Below are positions 10,976 to 21,219 of a stretch of DNA of 46,397 nucleotides, one piece after another (the stretch's first letter is position 1; every line of letters begins with the position of its first letter). The stretch covers positions 1-46,397 of the forward strand of contig JBFGLM010000038.1 in assembly GCA_041576165.1 (NCBI GenBank), given 5' to 3'. This stretch comes from Acidimicrobiia bacterium. GTDB taxonomy: Bacteria > Actinomycetota > Acidimicrobiia > Spongiisociales > Spongiisociaceae. Made by a program: the position numbers and the translations under genes. A model generated the notes under the pieces. The model was not told where the DNA came from. It saw nothing but the letters and a program-made list of their open reading frames with translations, and made no database searches.

Positions 10976-11608
10976 ATGCTCCGAGCTGTATCCCTGCTGA
11001 ACCTGGTCGGGTTGATCCTGTTGACTGCTCCCGCAGCCGGTGCGGTCGAAGGCGAGACATTCGCCATCACCCGGGTCGATTTCGAAGCACGGACGATCGA
11101 AATCACGAACCACGGCGAGGCGGAGGTCGATCCGAATGGGTTGACTATCTGCAACTTCCCGAACTACCAGTCGATCCGCGAAGCTGCGCTGCTCGCACCG
11201 GGCGAATCGATGACAGTGGACCTGCGGGCGCTGGGCATTCCCATCGACGCCGCCGGCGGAGAACTGGGCCTGTACCTCGAGCCGATGTTCGACGACTCTG
11301 AAGCGATCGTTGCCTACATCGAGTGGGGCACCCCGGACCACCAGCGGTCACCGGTGGCTCAAGCGGCCACGGTGGGCGGCGTGACCGTTTGGGATGGAGA
11401 TCCGGCCGACGGTGGTGCCAGCGCACTGGAGGCGTCGGCCGATTTCCCGACCAGCGGTGGCGACTGGACGGCAGTCGCAGCCGAAACGGCCGCGGGGGAC
11501 AACGTGCTCCCGGTGACGGGGATGGAGCCCGTGCGGTGGTTGGCGGTTGCGGTAGCTCTCATCGGGGCAGGAGCCGGCTTGCGCGCGAGCCGGCGCCGGA
11601 GGGCGTGA
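10976..11608 (+). CDS. Secreted protein with a lamin-tail-like beta domain and a C-terminal LPXTG sortase signal
   Basis: GAGGAGG RBS; Sec-type signal peptide; IEITN...VD..G..IC...LAPGES pattern; ends LPVTG, hydrophobic helix, RRRRA. Confidence 0.75.
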   Translation: MLRAVSLLNLVGLILLTAPAAGAVEGETFAITRVDFEARTIEITNHGEAEVDPNGLTICNFPNYQSIREAALLAPGESMTVDLRALGIPIDAAGGELGLYLEPMFDDSEAIVAYIEWGTPDHQRSPVAQAATVGGVTVWDGDPADGGASALEASADFPTSGGDWTAVAAETAAGDNVLPVTGMEPVRWLAVAVALIGAGAGLRASRRRRA

Positions 11609-11629
11609 TCCGCCCGCGTCTGCAAGGCG

Positions 11630-12136
11630 CTACTCGGAGGCGACCCACGCCTCGGGACTACTCGAGACGAGCGTGCGCACAATGCCTGGTCCTGCCACCT
11701 CGACGGTTCGGCCGGAGGGCCATATCCCGGCCTGCACGGCAACCGGGGTTCTGTCAGCCCCTGCGCCCCATGCCACATAGTCCACGATCGCATCCGGTGC
11801 CGCGAACTCAGCCGACCGGAACAAGCCCACCTCGCCCCCAAGCTCGCTGAGTCCGCCCAGCGTACCCGCCATGATGCGCACCGACTCGCCCGGCTCGAGG
11901 TCGCCGGCAAGCTCGAGATACGCGGGGCTGTTGCACAACCAGAATCCGGCCAGGTCCACGGCCGTGTCGCGGGTATTGGTGAGCACGAGGTACTCGCCGA
12001 ACCTCACCTCCGTGACCACCACATGGCCTTCGGGGGCGATGGGTAGGACCGGCGCGGAATCGTCGGATCCGCAGCCGGCGGCGAAGGCGGCCATCGCCAG
12101 CAACGCCCATATCCGGACGACATGCCAGACCCTCAT
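11630..12136 (-). CDS. Lipoprotein with a lamin-tail-like domain, paralogous to 10976-11608
   Basis: Lipobox FAAGC; LVLTN...VDLAGFWLCNSPAY...LEPGES...GGEVGLF...DAIVDYVAWG. Confidence 0.75.
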   Translation of the reverse strand: MRVWHVVRIWALLAMAAFAAGCGSDDSAPVLPIAPEGHVVVTEVRFGEYLVLTNTRDTAVDLAGFWLCNSPAYLELAGDLEPGESVRIMAGTLGGLSELGGEVGLFRSAEFAAPDAIVDYVAWGAGADRTPVAVQAGIWPSGRTVEVAGPGIVRTLVSSSPEAWVASE

Positions 12137-12378
12137 CTCGACGCCGGCCCGACCGGGCACACCGAACCCACCCCTGCGGCTCGGGGTCCGGAGGATTCAC
12201 TGAGTACCGGTGAGCGTCCAGGTTTGCGGTCCATGACAACGACTCTCATCCATAGGGCGGGCAGGGCCGGGGCGCCCGGTGTTGGCGCGACCGCACGCTA
12301 CACCCGACCGCGGAGTTCGCGGCGGACGTGGATGGGGTCGGGTCGAGGAACGCTCGAGAGGTCCCGATCTAGCGCCGG

Positions 12379-14748
12379 TCAGTCGGAAGAAGGGTCCCAG
12401 CGAATGGTGCCCCCGATCGAGATCGGATCGTTGATCCAGTCGGCGTAGGGGAAGTCTTGGGTGACGCGGGCTTCATACTCACGGAGGTCGTCGTAGCTGG
12501 GTAGCTGAAGCCGGCCATCGACAAACCATTCGGACGGCAGCTCGAGCAACCCGGCTTCGTGCAGCTTGATCAATGTGTACAGCTCGGCTGCATCAACAAA
12601 CCGGTTCTCCAACGCATACCCGGCAGCCAGAACCCCTTCGACGTTGTCGGTCGGCAGAACATTGTCGAGGACGGCCGGCAACAGCAGACTGGTTGCGCCT
12701 GCGGCGCCGACCTCGGCGAGAATCGCCAGAGCCAGTGCCTCCGGTCCGGCGACCAGCAGAACTCCGGCGAGCGCCACATCCGCCGCCAAGCTGAGAATCG
12801 TGTTGACGAGATCATTGATCCGGTCGCGCGCTTCGGCCGACGCCAGCTCCGTGTCGAGGTAGATCTGGGACAGCTCGTCCGCCAGGAGTCCAAACTGACG
12901 AGACACGCCGGCCAGGCTCTCACTGTCGTTGGGATCGAAGTGCTGATCGATCTCAGCGAGCAGCAAGAACTCGAGCGAGGCAAAGACGAGCTGCGCAGCG
13001 TCCGGGTCCGCCAACACTTCGGCCAGGAACACCGCGGTAGCCTCGGAACGGTCGGCGATCACCGGAGCCAGCTCGGTCTGTTCCAGGTCTCGGGCGAGGC
13101 GGGGGTCCAGGAACGACGTCAGGTGGGGCGAGATCATGGCCGCGGCCCCGATCAGGACGCCCGGGTCGGCGCCCCGGTCGGCGATGGCGCCCATCACTTC
13201 AGCCATCAACTCGGCCGATCGAACGTCGAAGCGGGTGCCCAGCAAGGCCAGGATTGATCCGGCGGCTCCGCCCCCGTCGCCATAGAGGGTCTCCGGTCGC
13301 ACGAACACCTCGAGCAAGCCGACGGCCTCCAGCGCCGCCAGGAACGCAGCCGCCGATTCCGAACCATCGAGCGAGATCTGGCTCGCCAGCACGACCCGTG
13401 CATCGTATGAGGTCTCGGCTCCGCCGGGCCCGTAGATCACCTCCGTGGTCCACGGCATATAGACGTTGCCACCGGAGACTGCTACCAGCGCCACCGCTGC
13501 CTCGCGCAAGAACTCCGGCTCGTAGTTCGCTCCGACGAACCATGTGGCCGCATTCGGCTCGCTGAATTCACCGATCACCTCGGCACCGCGAACGGCCAGG
13601 GACTCGCTATAGCTGGCCATGGCCAGGGTTTGGGCGAACGGGGCCATCGCCTCAATGGTCCCGTAAGAGTCGCGATACGCCAGCCAGGGAAGCACGGGCA
13701 GCATCTCGCCTGGCAGCGTGTTGTAGAACGCAACGGCTTTTCGGCTCGTGTTGACGCGCTGGTTCAGCACGGTCCCAATCTCCTGCAGCGCCCCGGCCTC
13801 ACCGAAACGGTCCATCAGATTCTGCGCCAGGAACTCGCCCACCATGTGGTCCTGGTTGGACGCGTCAACCAACACCAGGTCGTCGAGATACCCGGTCGCC
13901 GCGCCCAGTGTCAACGCCAAGTCCGCCCTACCGGCGAGCCGGTCTTCGATCTGGTCGACTACCTCATCGAGATGCCGGACCTCCTCCCACGCGGCTCGCT
14001 CCGCCTCCAGGTCACCTTCGAGCAATGCGACATTCGCCCGGTCCCACGCCGCCCACATTGCTTGCTCGATCGTGTCCCTGTCGACAAGCAGTCGATCCCG
14101 CTCGGCGTGGGCGGCAACGTATGCATCGGGGAACAGAAGGGGATCGAGGCCGGCCTCCTCGGGCGATATCCCCTCCATCATGGCGCGGGCGGCTGCCATG
14201 AAACCTCCGGGGTCCAGGCCCAGCGCCAGGGCCTGGTCGACAATCCCTTCCCGGATCGCCTCGCGCACGATTTCGAGCGACAGCACGCTACGGAGACCGT
14301 CATACTGCCCAATCAGGCGACGCATACGGGCGATGCGGGCTTTGCGCAGTTGGCGCTGGAGCTCGGCGATCGCCTGGCGCGTGCCGGTGAAGCCGGGCAC
14401 TGACGCCAGCGCGGCGAGTTGGGACTCGAGTTCCTCGATCAGCCGGTCGCCGCCGGTGTTCAACGCAGGTCCGGCGTCCCATGCGGACAACCCACGGGAG
14501 ATCCCACCCCAACGGGCACTCAGCAGGTCAACGGCAATCCCGTGCCGGGCCCGATGATCGCGGGCCAGCGCGGCCGCCCGCTCGGCTACTGCTGCCAGTT
14601 CGCGGTCAACCGCCGCGCGCTCCGCCCACCGCTCGATCGATGCGAGCGCCGCCAGCGCCTGGCCCCGGATCTCCTCCACGGCCCGCCCCCACGCCGCCGC
14701 ACGGTCGGCATACGCCGCCAGCTGCGTTTCGTCGACCCACGCTACCAT
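12379..14748 (-). CDS. Large hypothetical, mostly helical protein (about 789 aa)
   Basis: Long ORF with realistic acidic/Ala/Leu composition, a coiled-coil-like N-terminus and a long hydrophobic segment near the C-terminus. Start is uncertain (14748 or 14781). Confidence 0.75.
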   Translation of the reverse strand: MVAWVDETQLAAYADRAAAWGRAVEEIRGQALAALASIERWAERAAVDRELAAVAERAAALARDHRARHGIAVDLLSARWGGISRGLSAWDAGPALNTGGDRLIEELESQLAALASVPGFTGTRQAIAELQRQLRKARIARMRRLIGQYDGLRSVLSLEIVREAIREGIVDQALALGLDPGGFMAAARAMMEGISPEEAGLDPLLFPDAYVAAHAERDRLLVDRDTIEQAMWAAWDRANVALLEGDLEAERAAWEEVRHLDEVVDQIEDRLAGRADLALTLGAATGYLDDLVLVDASNQDHMVGEFLAQNLMDRFGEAGALQEIGTVLNQRVNTSRKAVAFYNTLPGEMLPVLPWLAYRDSYGTIEAMAPFAQTLAMASYSESLAVRGAEVIGEFSEPNAATWFVGANYEPEFLREAAVALVAVSGGNVYMPWTTEVIYGPGGAETSYDARVVLASQISLDGSESAAAFLAALEAVGLLEVFVRPETLYGDGGGAAGSILALLGTRFDVRSAELMAEVMGAIADRGADPGVLIGAAAMISPHLTSFLDPRLARDLEQTELAPVIADRSEATAVFLAEVLADPDAAQLVFASLEFLLLAEIDQHFDPNDSESLAGVSRQFGLLADELSQIYLDTELASAEARDRINDLVNTILSLAADVALAGVLLVAGPEALALAILAEVGAAGATSLLLPAVLDNVLPTDNVEGVLAAGYALENRFVDAAELYTLIKLHEAGLLELPSEWFVDGRLQLPSYDDLREYEARVTQDFPYADWINDPISIGGTIRWDPSSD

Positions 14749-14870
14749 AGACGGAGATTGTATATTGTTATCTATTATCAAACAACTCTATCTAGCGTCG
14801 ATGGACACGACCCCGGCGACTACGCGCTGCACCGGATTCTGTGACCCGCGAGGGCGGTACTCTCGTGGTA

Positions 14871-16073
14871 ATGGCCGATCATCAGACAATCCTCGTTCGG
14901 ATCACCGGACCCGACCATCCCGGCATCACCGCCGCATTGATGTCCCTGCTCCATACCTCAGGTGCGGAGATGCTCGACGTCGAGCAGATTTCGCTGCAGG
15001 GTCACCTCAACCTCGGAGTGGTCGTGGCCGTCCCGGAGGGCCGGGATCTGCTGAAAGAACTGTTGTTGTTTGGCTGGGATGAGCACCTGATCGTCGGCTT
15101 TGAAGTCGTCGATGCCACCCCCGACGAACGGAAGCCTGGGTATGTCGTGACTGTGTTGGGTCGAGAGATCGGTCCTCGTCACTTCGGCGGCGTTGCGGCA
15201 GCCATTGCAGAGGCCGGTGGAAACATCGATCGGATCATCCGCTTGTCGACCTACCCGGTCGTCAGTTACGAGCTGCTGGTCACCGGCGGTGATGTTGATG
15301 CGATGCGGGAGTCGCTCGTCCGGCTTTCCAACGGCCGCGACATGGACATCGCCCTTCAGCGCCAAGGGCTCGGACGGCGGGCGACGCGGCTCGTGGTGCT
15401 CGACATGGACTCGACCTTGATCCAAAACGAAGTGGTTGATCTGCTCGCCGACGAGGCGGGAGTCGGCGAGGAGGTCGCCGCCGTCACCGCCCGGGCCATG
15501 GCGGGTGAGCTCGACTTCGCTGACTCTTTGCGGGAACGCGTCCGGCTGCTGGCCGGCCTCGACGAGCTTGCCGTGCGGCGGGCCCGCGAACGCCTCCACG
15601 TGACGCCCGGCGCCCGAACCTTCATCCGGACGCTCAAACGCCTCGGCTACAAGACGGCCGTGGTCAGCGGCGGATTCACGTCACTGGTGGAGCCGCTGGC
15701 GCGCGACTTGGGGATCGACCACGTGTTTGCCAACACGCTGGAGATGCGCGACGGGATCCTGACCGGTGAGCTGGTTGATCGCTTGATCGACCGGGCGAGC
15801 AAGGCCGACGTTCTGCGGTTTGTGGCCGACATCGAGGGAATCCCGATCGAACAGACCGTGGCGGTGGGCGACGGCGCCAACGACCTGGACATGCTGGCCG
15901 CAGCGGGACTTGGGATCGCCTTCAATGCCAAACAGGTGGCGAAGGACGCCGCCGACACCACGCTGTCGGTGCCGTATCTGGACGCAGTACTGTTCATCCT
16001 CGGCATCACCCGCGACGAGATCGAAGCCGCCGACCTCGGCGACGGAGTGATCCCGCGCCGACCGGAGATATGA
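14871..16073 (+). CDS. serB: Phosphoserine phosphatase with two ACT domains
   Basis: ITGPDHPGI ACT start; HAD motifs DMDSTL, VSGGF and AVGDGANDLDM; GIAFNAK. Confidence 0.95.
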   Translation: MADHQTILVRITGPDHPGITAALMSLLHTSGAEMLDVEQISLQGHLNLGVVVAVPEGRDLLKELLLFGWDEHLIVGFEVVDATPDERKPGYVVTVLGREIGPRHFGGVAAAIAEAGGNIDRIIRLSTYPVVSYELLVTGGDVDAMRESLVRLSNGRDMDIALQRQGLGRRATRLVVLDMDSTLIQNEVVDLLADEAGVGEEVAAVTARAMAGELDFADSLRERVRLLAGLDELAVRRARERLHVTPGARTFIRTLKRLGYKTAVVSGGFTSLVEPLARDLGIDHVFANTLEMRDGILTGELVDRLIDRASKADVLRFVADIEGIPIEQTVAVGDGANDLDMLAAAGLGIAFNAKQVAKDAADTTLSVPYLDAVLFILGITRDEIEAADLGDGVIPRRPEI

Positions 16074-16335
16074 CCGAGGCGAACCTTAGGCCGGAGGGTG
16101 CCCTCAGAGGCCTCTACAGCCGAAAGTTCGCTACCGGCATCGGGGCCCGGTGACCGGTCGGCTACGAGGGCCGCAGCGGGTATGCCCGGGCCTCACGGGT
16201 CCGTGGATTGGCCACGATCTGTCGAATTCGCCCCAGCGCGCGCCGCGGGCAAACTCCACGCCACGGATGTGGCAGTGCGAGCACCGCCGGGCGGATGGTC
16301 CCCCTGCCCATCCGCCGACCTCTAAGGTGCAGCCG

Positions 16336-16770
16336 ATGGCACGCACATTCACCGTGACGTTCGACGCCCACGATCCGCAGGGGCTGGCGGGGTTTTGGGC
16401 ACAGGCGCTCGACTACGTGCTGCAACCGCCGCCGCCCGGCTTCGACACGTGGAATGCGTTCGCCGACCAAATGGGGATTCCCGATGAGGACCGTGACCGC
16501 CTGGCCGCGGTGGTGGATCCCGACGGCTCGGGTCCGCGGCTGCTGTTCGTGAAGGTGCCAGAAGGAAAGACCGCCAAGAACCGCGTCCACCTCGACGTTC
16601 ACTCCGGGTCGAGCCCGGGCATGGACCGTGACCAGCATCTGGCGCTCGTGAAGGAGCACGTCGACCGCTTGGTGAGAGCCGGCGCCACCGAGCTCGAGTC
16701 CCACGAGGAGTGGGGGGCGCGCTGGACCGTGATGCGGGACCCGGAGGGCAACGAGTTCTGCGTCGTCTGA
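16336..16770 (+). CDS. VOC/glyoxalase family protein
   Basis: VTFDAHDP..LAGFWAQAL, GPRLLFVKVPEGKTAKNRVHLDV and WTVMRDPEGNEFCV motifs. Confidence 0.9.
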   Translation: MARTFTVTFDAHDPQGLAGFWAQALDYVLQPPPPGFDTWNAFADQMGIPDEDRDRLAAVVDPDGSGPRLLFVKVPEGKTAKNRVHLDVHSGSSPGMDRDQHLALVKEHVDRLVRAGATELESHEEWGARWTVMRDPEGNEFCVV

Positions 16771-16786
16771 TCCGCCCCCCGGCGTA

Positions 16787-17026
16787 TCAGATCGGCGCTT
16801 CGTAGTCCTCTTCAACGATGTGGCGGCCGTCGGCGCTGATGTACCGATCCCGCCGGGACCGCATCTGTGGGACCGAATCCTGCACGACGGCCACGATCAG
16901 GCCGACGATGCCGACTATGAGCAGAATGATGCCCACCACGTCGATGTCGATGCCCTCCACGTTGGCGGTGATCGCGAATGCGAGGATGGCCCCGATCGCG
17001 ATGAGCATGAGGCTCAGGATTTTCAT
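16787..17026 (-). CDS. Small two-TM membrane protein (DUF6458-like)
   Basis: GGGAGG RBS; SLMLIAIGAILAFAI...GIDIDVVGIILLIVG pattern of the actinobacterial family. Confidence 0.75.
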   Translation of the reverse strand: MKILSLMLIAIGAILAFAITANVEGIDIDVVGIILLIVGIVGLIVAVVQDSVPQMRSRRDRYISADGRHIVEEDYEAPI

Positions 17027-17211
17027 GGATCGACCTCCCTTTTTCTGGCAGCCGGCCCCCAGCGTGAACCCGACCGCACAACAGGATACAGCCGGGGACC
17101 GTTCAGCGCACCGGCCGCCGCCAGTCATGCGCCACGGCTCGTTATCGGACCGGGACGGACGCACTGCTGCGCCTCCCGGCCGGCGACTCGTGAACGTCCG
17201 AGCGAACATGG

Positions 17212-17676
17212 TCAAGCGAGGTCGTATGCCGTGCGCTCGACGACGGTCCGGATGGCAAAGTTCGATCGCAGCCGAGTGACGCCCGGCAGTAGTGCGATCT
17301 GGGACCGATGCAGACGCTCGTAATCGGCCACGTCGGCGCACACGACGAGAATCAGGTAGTCGGCGGCCCCGGCCATGAGGTAACAGCTCATCACCTCGGG
17401 AATCTGCACCACCGCCGCTTCGAAGGCATCGAGTACCTCCTCCCGCTGGCTGGACAGCGAGATCTCGACCAGGACCGAGGTCGGCAGGCCGATTTCCGCC
17501 TTGTCCAGCAGCGCCACGTAGCGATCGATCACACCGGCGGCCTCCAGCCGGCGGACCCGCCGGTGCGCCGCCGACGGCGAGAGATGCACGAGTCGAGCGA
17601 GCTCGACGTTCGTCATGCGCCCGTTGCGCTGGAGTCCCCCGAGGATTGCCCGGTCTGTCCTATCGAGTTCGGTCAT
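17212..17676 (-). CDS. Lrp/AsnC family transcriptional regulator (AldR-like)
   Basis: LDRTDRAIL..LQRNGRMTNVELA..VHLSPS...RVRRLE..GVI HTH; C-terminal RAM domain; divergent from ald. Confidence 0.92.
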   Translation of the reverse strand: MTELDRTDRAILGGLQRNGRMTNVELARLVHLSPSAAHRRVRRLEAAGVIDRYVALLDKAEIGLPTSVLVEISLSSQREEVLDAFEAAVVQIPEVMSCYLMAGAADYLILVVCADVADYERLHRSQIALLPGVTRLRSNFAIRTVVERTAYDLA

Positions 17677-17817
17677 CGCACTAATCTTGCACGAAATTGA
17701 TGTTCTTCGCAGGATCAGTGCGCATCCTGCCGACACAACGCCTCAATCGGCAACAACTTCTCACCGGCCGCCGCGTACAGTCAAGTCAATGACGTGAGCG
17801 GGCCAAGGAGGTGTCGG

Positions 17818-18939
17818 GTGATCGTCGGTACTCCGACCGAGATCAAGGATTCCGAACGCCGGGTCGGGCTGACCGCGATCGGCGTGCGGGAATTGTCTCG
17901 GGCCGGCCATACCGTCCTGATCCAGAGCGGCGCCGGCGCCGGCGCCGGGATACCCGACGAGGATTACGAGGCTGCGGGCGCCAAGATCGTGGCCGGGGCC
18001 ACCGACCTCTTCGCCGAAGCCGAGATGATCGTCAAGGTCAAAGAGCCCCAGGCGGTGGAGCGAGCGCTGCTCCGCCCCGGCCAGTTGCTGTTCGCCTACC
18101 TCCACCTGGCTCCGGACGCCGAGCAAACTCGGGATCTGGTCGCCAGCGGCGCCACCGCAGTCGCCTATGAGACGGTGACGTCGGACCGGGGAGGCCTCCC
18201 GCTGCTGGCACCGATGTCCAAGGTGGCCGGTCGCATGTCGGTCCAGGCTGCGGCCTGGTCGCTCGAAGCGACCCACGGCGGGTCCGGGATGTTGCTCGGT
18301 GGCGTACCGGGTGTTGCTCCCGCCAAGGTGGTCGTCATCGGCGGCGGCGTAGTGGGTGAGAACGCAACGCAGATTGCGGTCGGCATGGGGGCCGATGTCA
18401 CGGTGCTGGATCGAGATCTCGACGTGCTGGAGCGGCTGTCGCAACGGTTTGGGACGACGATCCGGACCATCTACTCCACTACCGCCACCCTGGAGGAGTA
18501 TGTGCTCGACGCCGACGTGGTGATCGGGGCCGTCCTGGTGCGGGGGGCGCGGGCCCCGAGGTTGGTGACGGCCCAGATGGTCAGGGAGATGCGGCCTGGG
18601 TCGGTACTGGTCGATGTGGCGATCGACCAGGGTGGTGCCTTCGAGACATCGCATCCGACCACCCACAGTGACCCCGTTTACATCATGGATGACGTCGTTC
18701 ACTATGCCGTGGCCAACATTCCCGGGGCGGTTCCGAGGACCGCAACCTATGCGCTGACCAACGCCACCCTGCCGTATGTCCTCGGGCTGGCCGGGGGCGG
18801 CCTGGAGGCGGTGCGCGCGAACCTGCACTTGCAGAACGGGCTCAACGTTCACGCCGGACATGTGACCGAGCCTCACGTGGCCGACAGCCTGGGGTACGAA
18901 TACGTCGAGCCGGCGATCGCGCTCGGTCGAGAAAGCTGA
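17818..18939 (+). CDS. ald: Alanine dehydrogenase
   Basis: AAGGAGG RBS; [45 protein letters not shown] and [14 protein letters not shown] motifs. Confidence 0.96.
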   Translation: MIVGTPTEIKDSERRVGLTAIGVRELSRAGHTVLIQSGAGAGAGIPDEDYEAAGAKIVAGATDLFAEAEMIVKVKEPQAVERALLRPGQLLFAYLHLAPDAEQTRDLVASGATAVAYETVTSDRGGLPLLAPMSKVAGRMSVQAAAWSLEATHGGSGMLLGGVPGVAPAKVVVIGGGVVGENATQIAVGMGADVTVLDRDLDVLERLSQRFGTTIRTIYSTTATLEEYVLDADVVIGAVLVRGARAPRLVTAQMVREMRPGSVLVDVAIDQGGAFETSHPTTHSDPVYIMDDVVHYAVANIPGAVPRTATYALTNATLPYVLGLAGGGLEAVRANLHLQNGLNVHAGHVTEPHVADSLGYEYVEPAIALGRES

Positions 18940-18998
18940 TGGCGCGTCGTTGAGCTGCGCGCCGGCGACGGCGGCACCCACGCGGGGCGCGCCGCCAG

Positions 18999-20021
18999 TC
19001 AGGACCGGTCGGGCGCGCCGAGCTTCAGGTTGACATCGACCTGGGCCGACCAGTCCGAGTAGACACCCTGCTCGAGCCAGTGGGCGCCGGCAGCGCCGAT
19101 CATGGCTCCGTTGTCCGTGCACAGCGGCGGGGACGGGAGATGCAACGCAATGCCCCGCCGATCGGCTTCCTCCTGCAGCCGCCGCCGCAGCCTGCGGTTG
19201 GCCAGCACCCCGCCCCCGCCCCCGAGCCGCTCCACGCCATGGTCCCCAACGGCGTTCATCGTCTTGTCGACGATCACGTCGACAATCGCCTCCTGCACGG
19301 AAGCCGCGACGTCGGCCAGTGGCGGCAACTCGTTGGCCGCTTGCTGTTTGCGGATGTAGGTCACCACCGAAGTCTTGAGACCCGAGAACGACAGGTCGTA
19401 GCGGCGGTCGGGTAGGGCGCGGGGAAATTCGACTGTCCCGGGATCCCCGTCGTCCGAAGCACGATCGATCGCCGGCCCGCCCGGGTAACCCAGTCCCATG
19501 AATCTGGCGAGTTTGTCGAACGCCTCGCCGGCCGCGTCGTCGATGGTCTGGCCGAGGATCTCATAATCACCCCAGCCCCGCATGAGCACTATCTGGCTGT
19601 GGCCGCCCGAGGCCAGAACCACCACCGCCGGCGGCTCGAAATCTGGATGCTCGAGGACCGGCGCGAAGAGATGGCCTTCCATGTGATCCACTGCTACGAA
19701 CGGCAGCTGGCGGGCCCACGCCATCGCTTTGGCGTAGGAAAAACCGACCAACAACGCCCCGATCAGTCCGGGGCCCTGGGTGGCCGCCACCCCGTCGAGC
19801 TCATCAGGATGGACGCCCGCCTCGGCCAGCGCCTTGTGGGTGAGCGACCTGATCGACTCGACGTGGGCCCGGGCGGCAACCTCGGGCACCACTCCGCCGA
19901 ATCGCGCGTGCAGACCGACCTGGGAAGACAGCACGTTCGACAACACGTCGTTTCCTCGCACCACCGCCACCGCGGTCTCGTCGCAGGAAGTCTCGAACGC
20001 CAGCACCGTCGGCCCGCTCAT
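18999..20021 (-). CDS. tsaD: tRNA N6-threonylcarbamoyltransferase
   Basis: [45 protein letters not shown] and CTDNGAMI motifs. Confidence 0.97.
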   Translation of the reverse strand: MSGPTVLAFETSCDETAVAVVRGNDVLSNVLSSQVGLHARFGGVVPEVAARAHVESIRSLTHKALAEAGVHPDELDGVAATQGPGLIGALLVGFSYAKAMAWARQLPFVAVDHMEGHLFAPVLEHPDFEPPAVVVLASGGHSQIVLMRGWGDYEILGQTIDDAAGEAFDKLARFMGLGYPGGPAIDRASDDGDPGTVEFPRALPDRRYDLSFSGLKTSVVTYIRKQQAANELPPLADVAASVQEAIVDVIVDKTMNAVGDHGVERLGGGGGVLANRRLRRRLQEEADRRGIALHLPSPPLCTDNGAMIGAAGAHWLEQGVYSDWSAQVDVNLKLGAPDRS

Positions 20022-20503
20022 CCCAACGTCTCCTTGATCTCACGCAACCGCTCGCCGTAGTCCGCGCTGGCGATGTCGTGGGCCCACATGACCAGCGCAT
20101 CCTCATCGAGGTAGTAGTCCTTGCGCACCCCAACCGGCGCCAATCCGAACCGGCGGTAGAGGGCCTGTGCCGCCGCGTTCGACGCCCGCACCTCCAGGGT
20201 GAGATTGTGAGCCCCCGCCCCGAGTCCGGCCTCGATCAACCGGAACAACAGGCGGGTGCCGACCGTACGGCCGCGCGAGTCCGGGTCGACTACCAGCGTC
20301 GTGACATGTGCGTCATCCCCCACCACCATCAGCCCGGCATACCCGATGATCCAGTCACCGGAAGTGGCGACGAGGTAGGTCCTGCCCGGCGCCGACAGCT
20401 CTTCCTCGAAAACCGGACGGGACCAGGGTTGCGGATACGTGCGCTGTTCCAGCTCGCACACCTGGTCGAGGTCTGGAACCGCCATCGGGCGGTACGCGGT
20501 CAC
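20018..20503 (-). CDS. rimI: Ribosomal-protein-alanine N-acetyltransferase
   Basis: GNAT with [18 protein letters not shown]....GVRKDYY..EDALVM. GTGA and ATGA overlaps with tsaB and tsaD; alternative start at 20524. Confidence 0.92.
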   Translation of the reverse strand: MTAYRPMAVPDLDQVCELEQRTYPQPWSRPVFEEELSAPGRTYLVATSGDWIIGYAGLMVVGDDAHVTTLVVDPDSRGRTVGTRLLFRLIEAGLGAGAHNLTLEVRASNAAAQALYRRFGLAPVGVRKDYYLDEDALVMWAHDIASADYGERLREIKETLG

Positions 20504-21219
20504 GCCGACGCTGACCCGTGCCACGGTCCCTCCTCGCTGAGATGCTTCGAGCTGAGCGTCACGTCGGGCTCTCGCATGTACATTGGCCGCACGTCGTCGG
20601 GGTGCGGAAAGTCATCCCGGACGATGCGCGGATGGGCCACGTCCACCAGTGCGCTGGCCGAGGGATGTTGGGGGCGGCCGGTCTTGACGCGGTGCAAACC
20701 GCGCAGGGCCGTGTCGCCGAGGCACTGCCAGTCGCCCACCACCAGGGCGTCGTCGGGGTCTGAGTCCAATACGGCGTTGAACCCTTCCGAGCTCAGCAAC
20801 TCGGGCTGGGTGTCCATGACGACCCCGCCCGGCACCGGACGGTAGGCGGCGACCGCCACTTCGCCCCGCCGCACGTCAACCACCGACCAGATGTGCCGCC
20901 GGCCGGTGGCCGCCCGCAGGGCAAGGGCGTTCAGGGAGGTAGCCGGCATGACCGGCACGCCGAGGGTGGCGGCCAGGCCCTGGGCGGTGGCCAACCCGAC
21001 CCGGATCCCCGTGTACATCCCCGGCCCGACGTCCACCACGATGGCGTCGATGTCTCGGGGCGTCCAACCCGCCTGGTCGAAGCAGAAGTCCATGGCTGAG
21101 ACGAGAAATGCGCCGTGGCCCGTACGATCGACCCGGCGCGCAGAGGCTACGACCTGACGATCCTCGACCAGCGCGATGGAGGACGAAGGGGTCGCGGTTT
21201 CGATACCGAGGATCTTCAC
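20500..21219 (-). CDS. tsaB: t6A biosynthesis protein TsaB
   Basis: ILGIETAT, VGPGMYTGIRVG, DVRRGEV and PMYMREPD motifs; position in the tsa operon. Confidence 0.93.
   Translation of the reverse strand: MKILGIETATPSSSIALVEDRQVVASARRVDRTGHGAFLVSAMDFCFDQAGWTPRDIDAIVVDVGPGMYTGIRVGLATAQGLAATLGVPVMPATSLNALALRAATGRRHIWSVVDVRRGEVAVAAYRPVPGGVVMDTQPELLSSEGFNAVLDSDPDDALVVGDWQCLGDTALRGLHRVKTGRPQHPSASALVDVAHPRIVRDDFPHPDDVRPMYMREPDVTLSSKHLSEEGPWHGSASA

Noticed and set aside
12137-12378. Intergenic gap checked for a tRNA, riboswitch or immunity gene
   Set aside because: I found no cloverleaf or T-loop, no recognisable riboswitch core and no convincing small ORF.
17761-19122. Long antisense or alternate-frame ORFs (17761-19122 minus, 5408-6619 minus, 43706-44893 minus, 35294-36388 minus, 40642-41643 plus)
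   Set aside because: They are shadow ORFs of well-supported genes in high-GC DNA, with Arg/Pro/Gly-rich translations and no family motifs.
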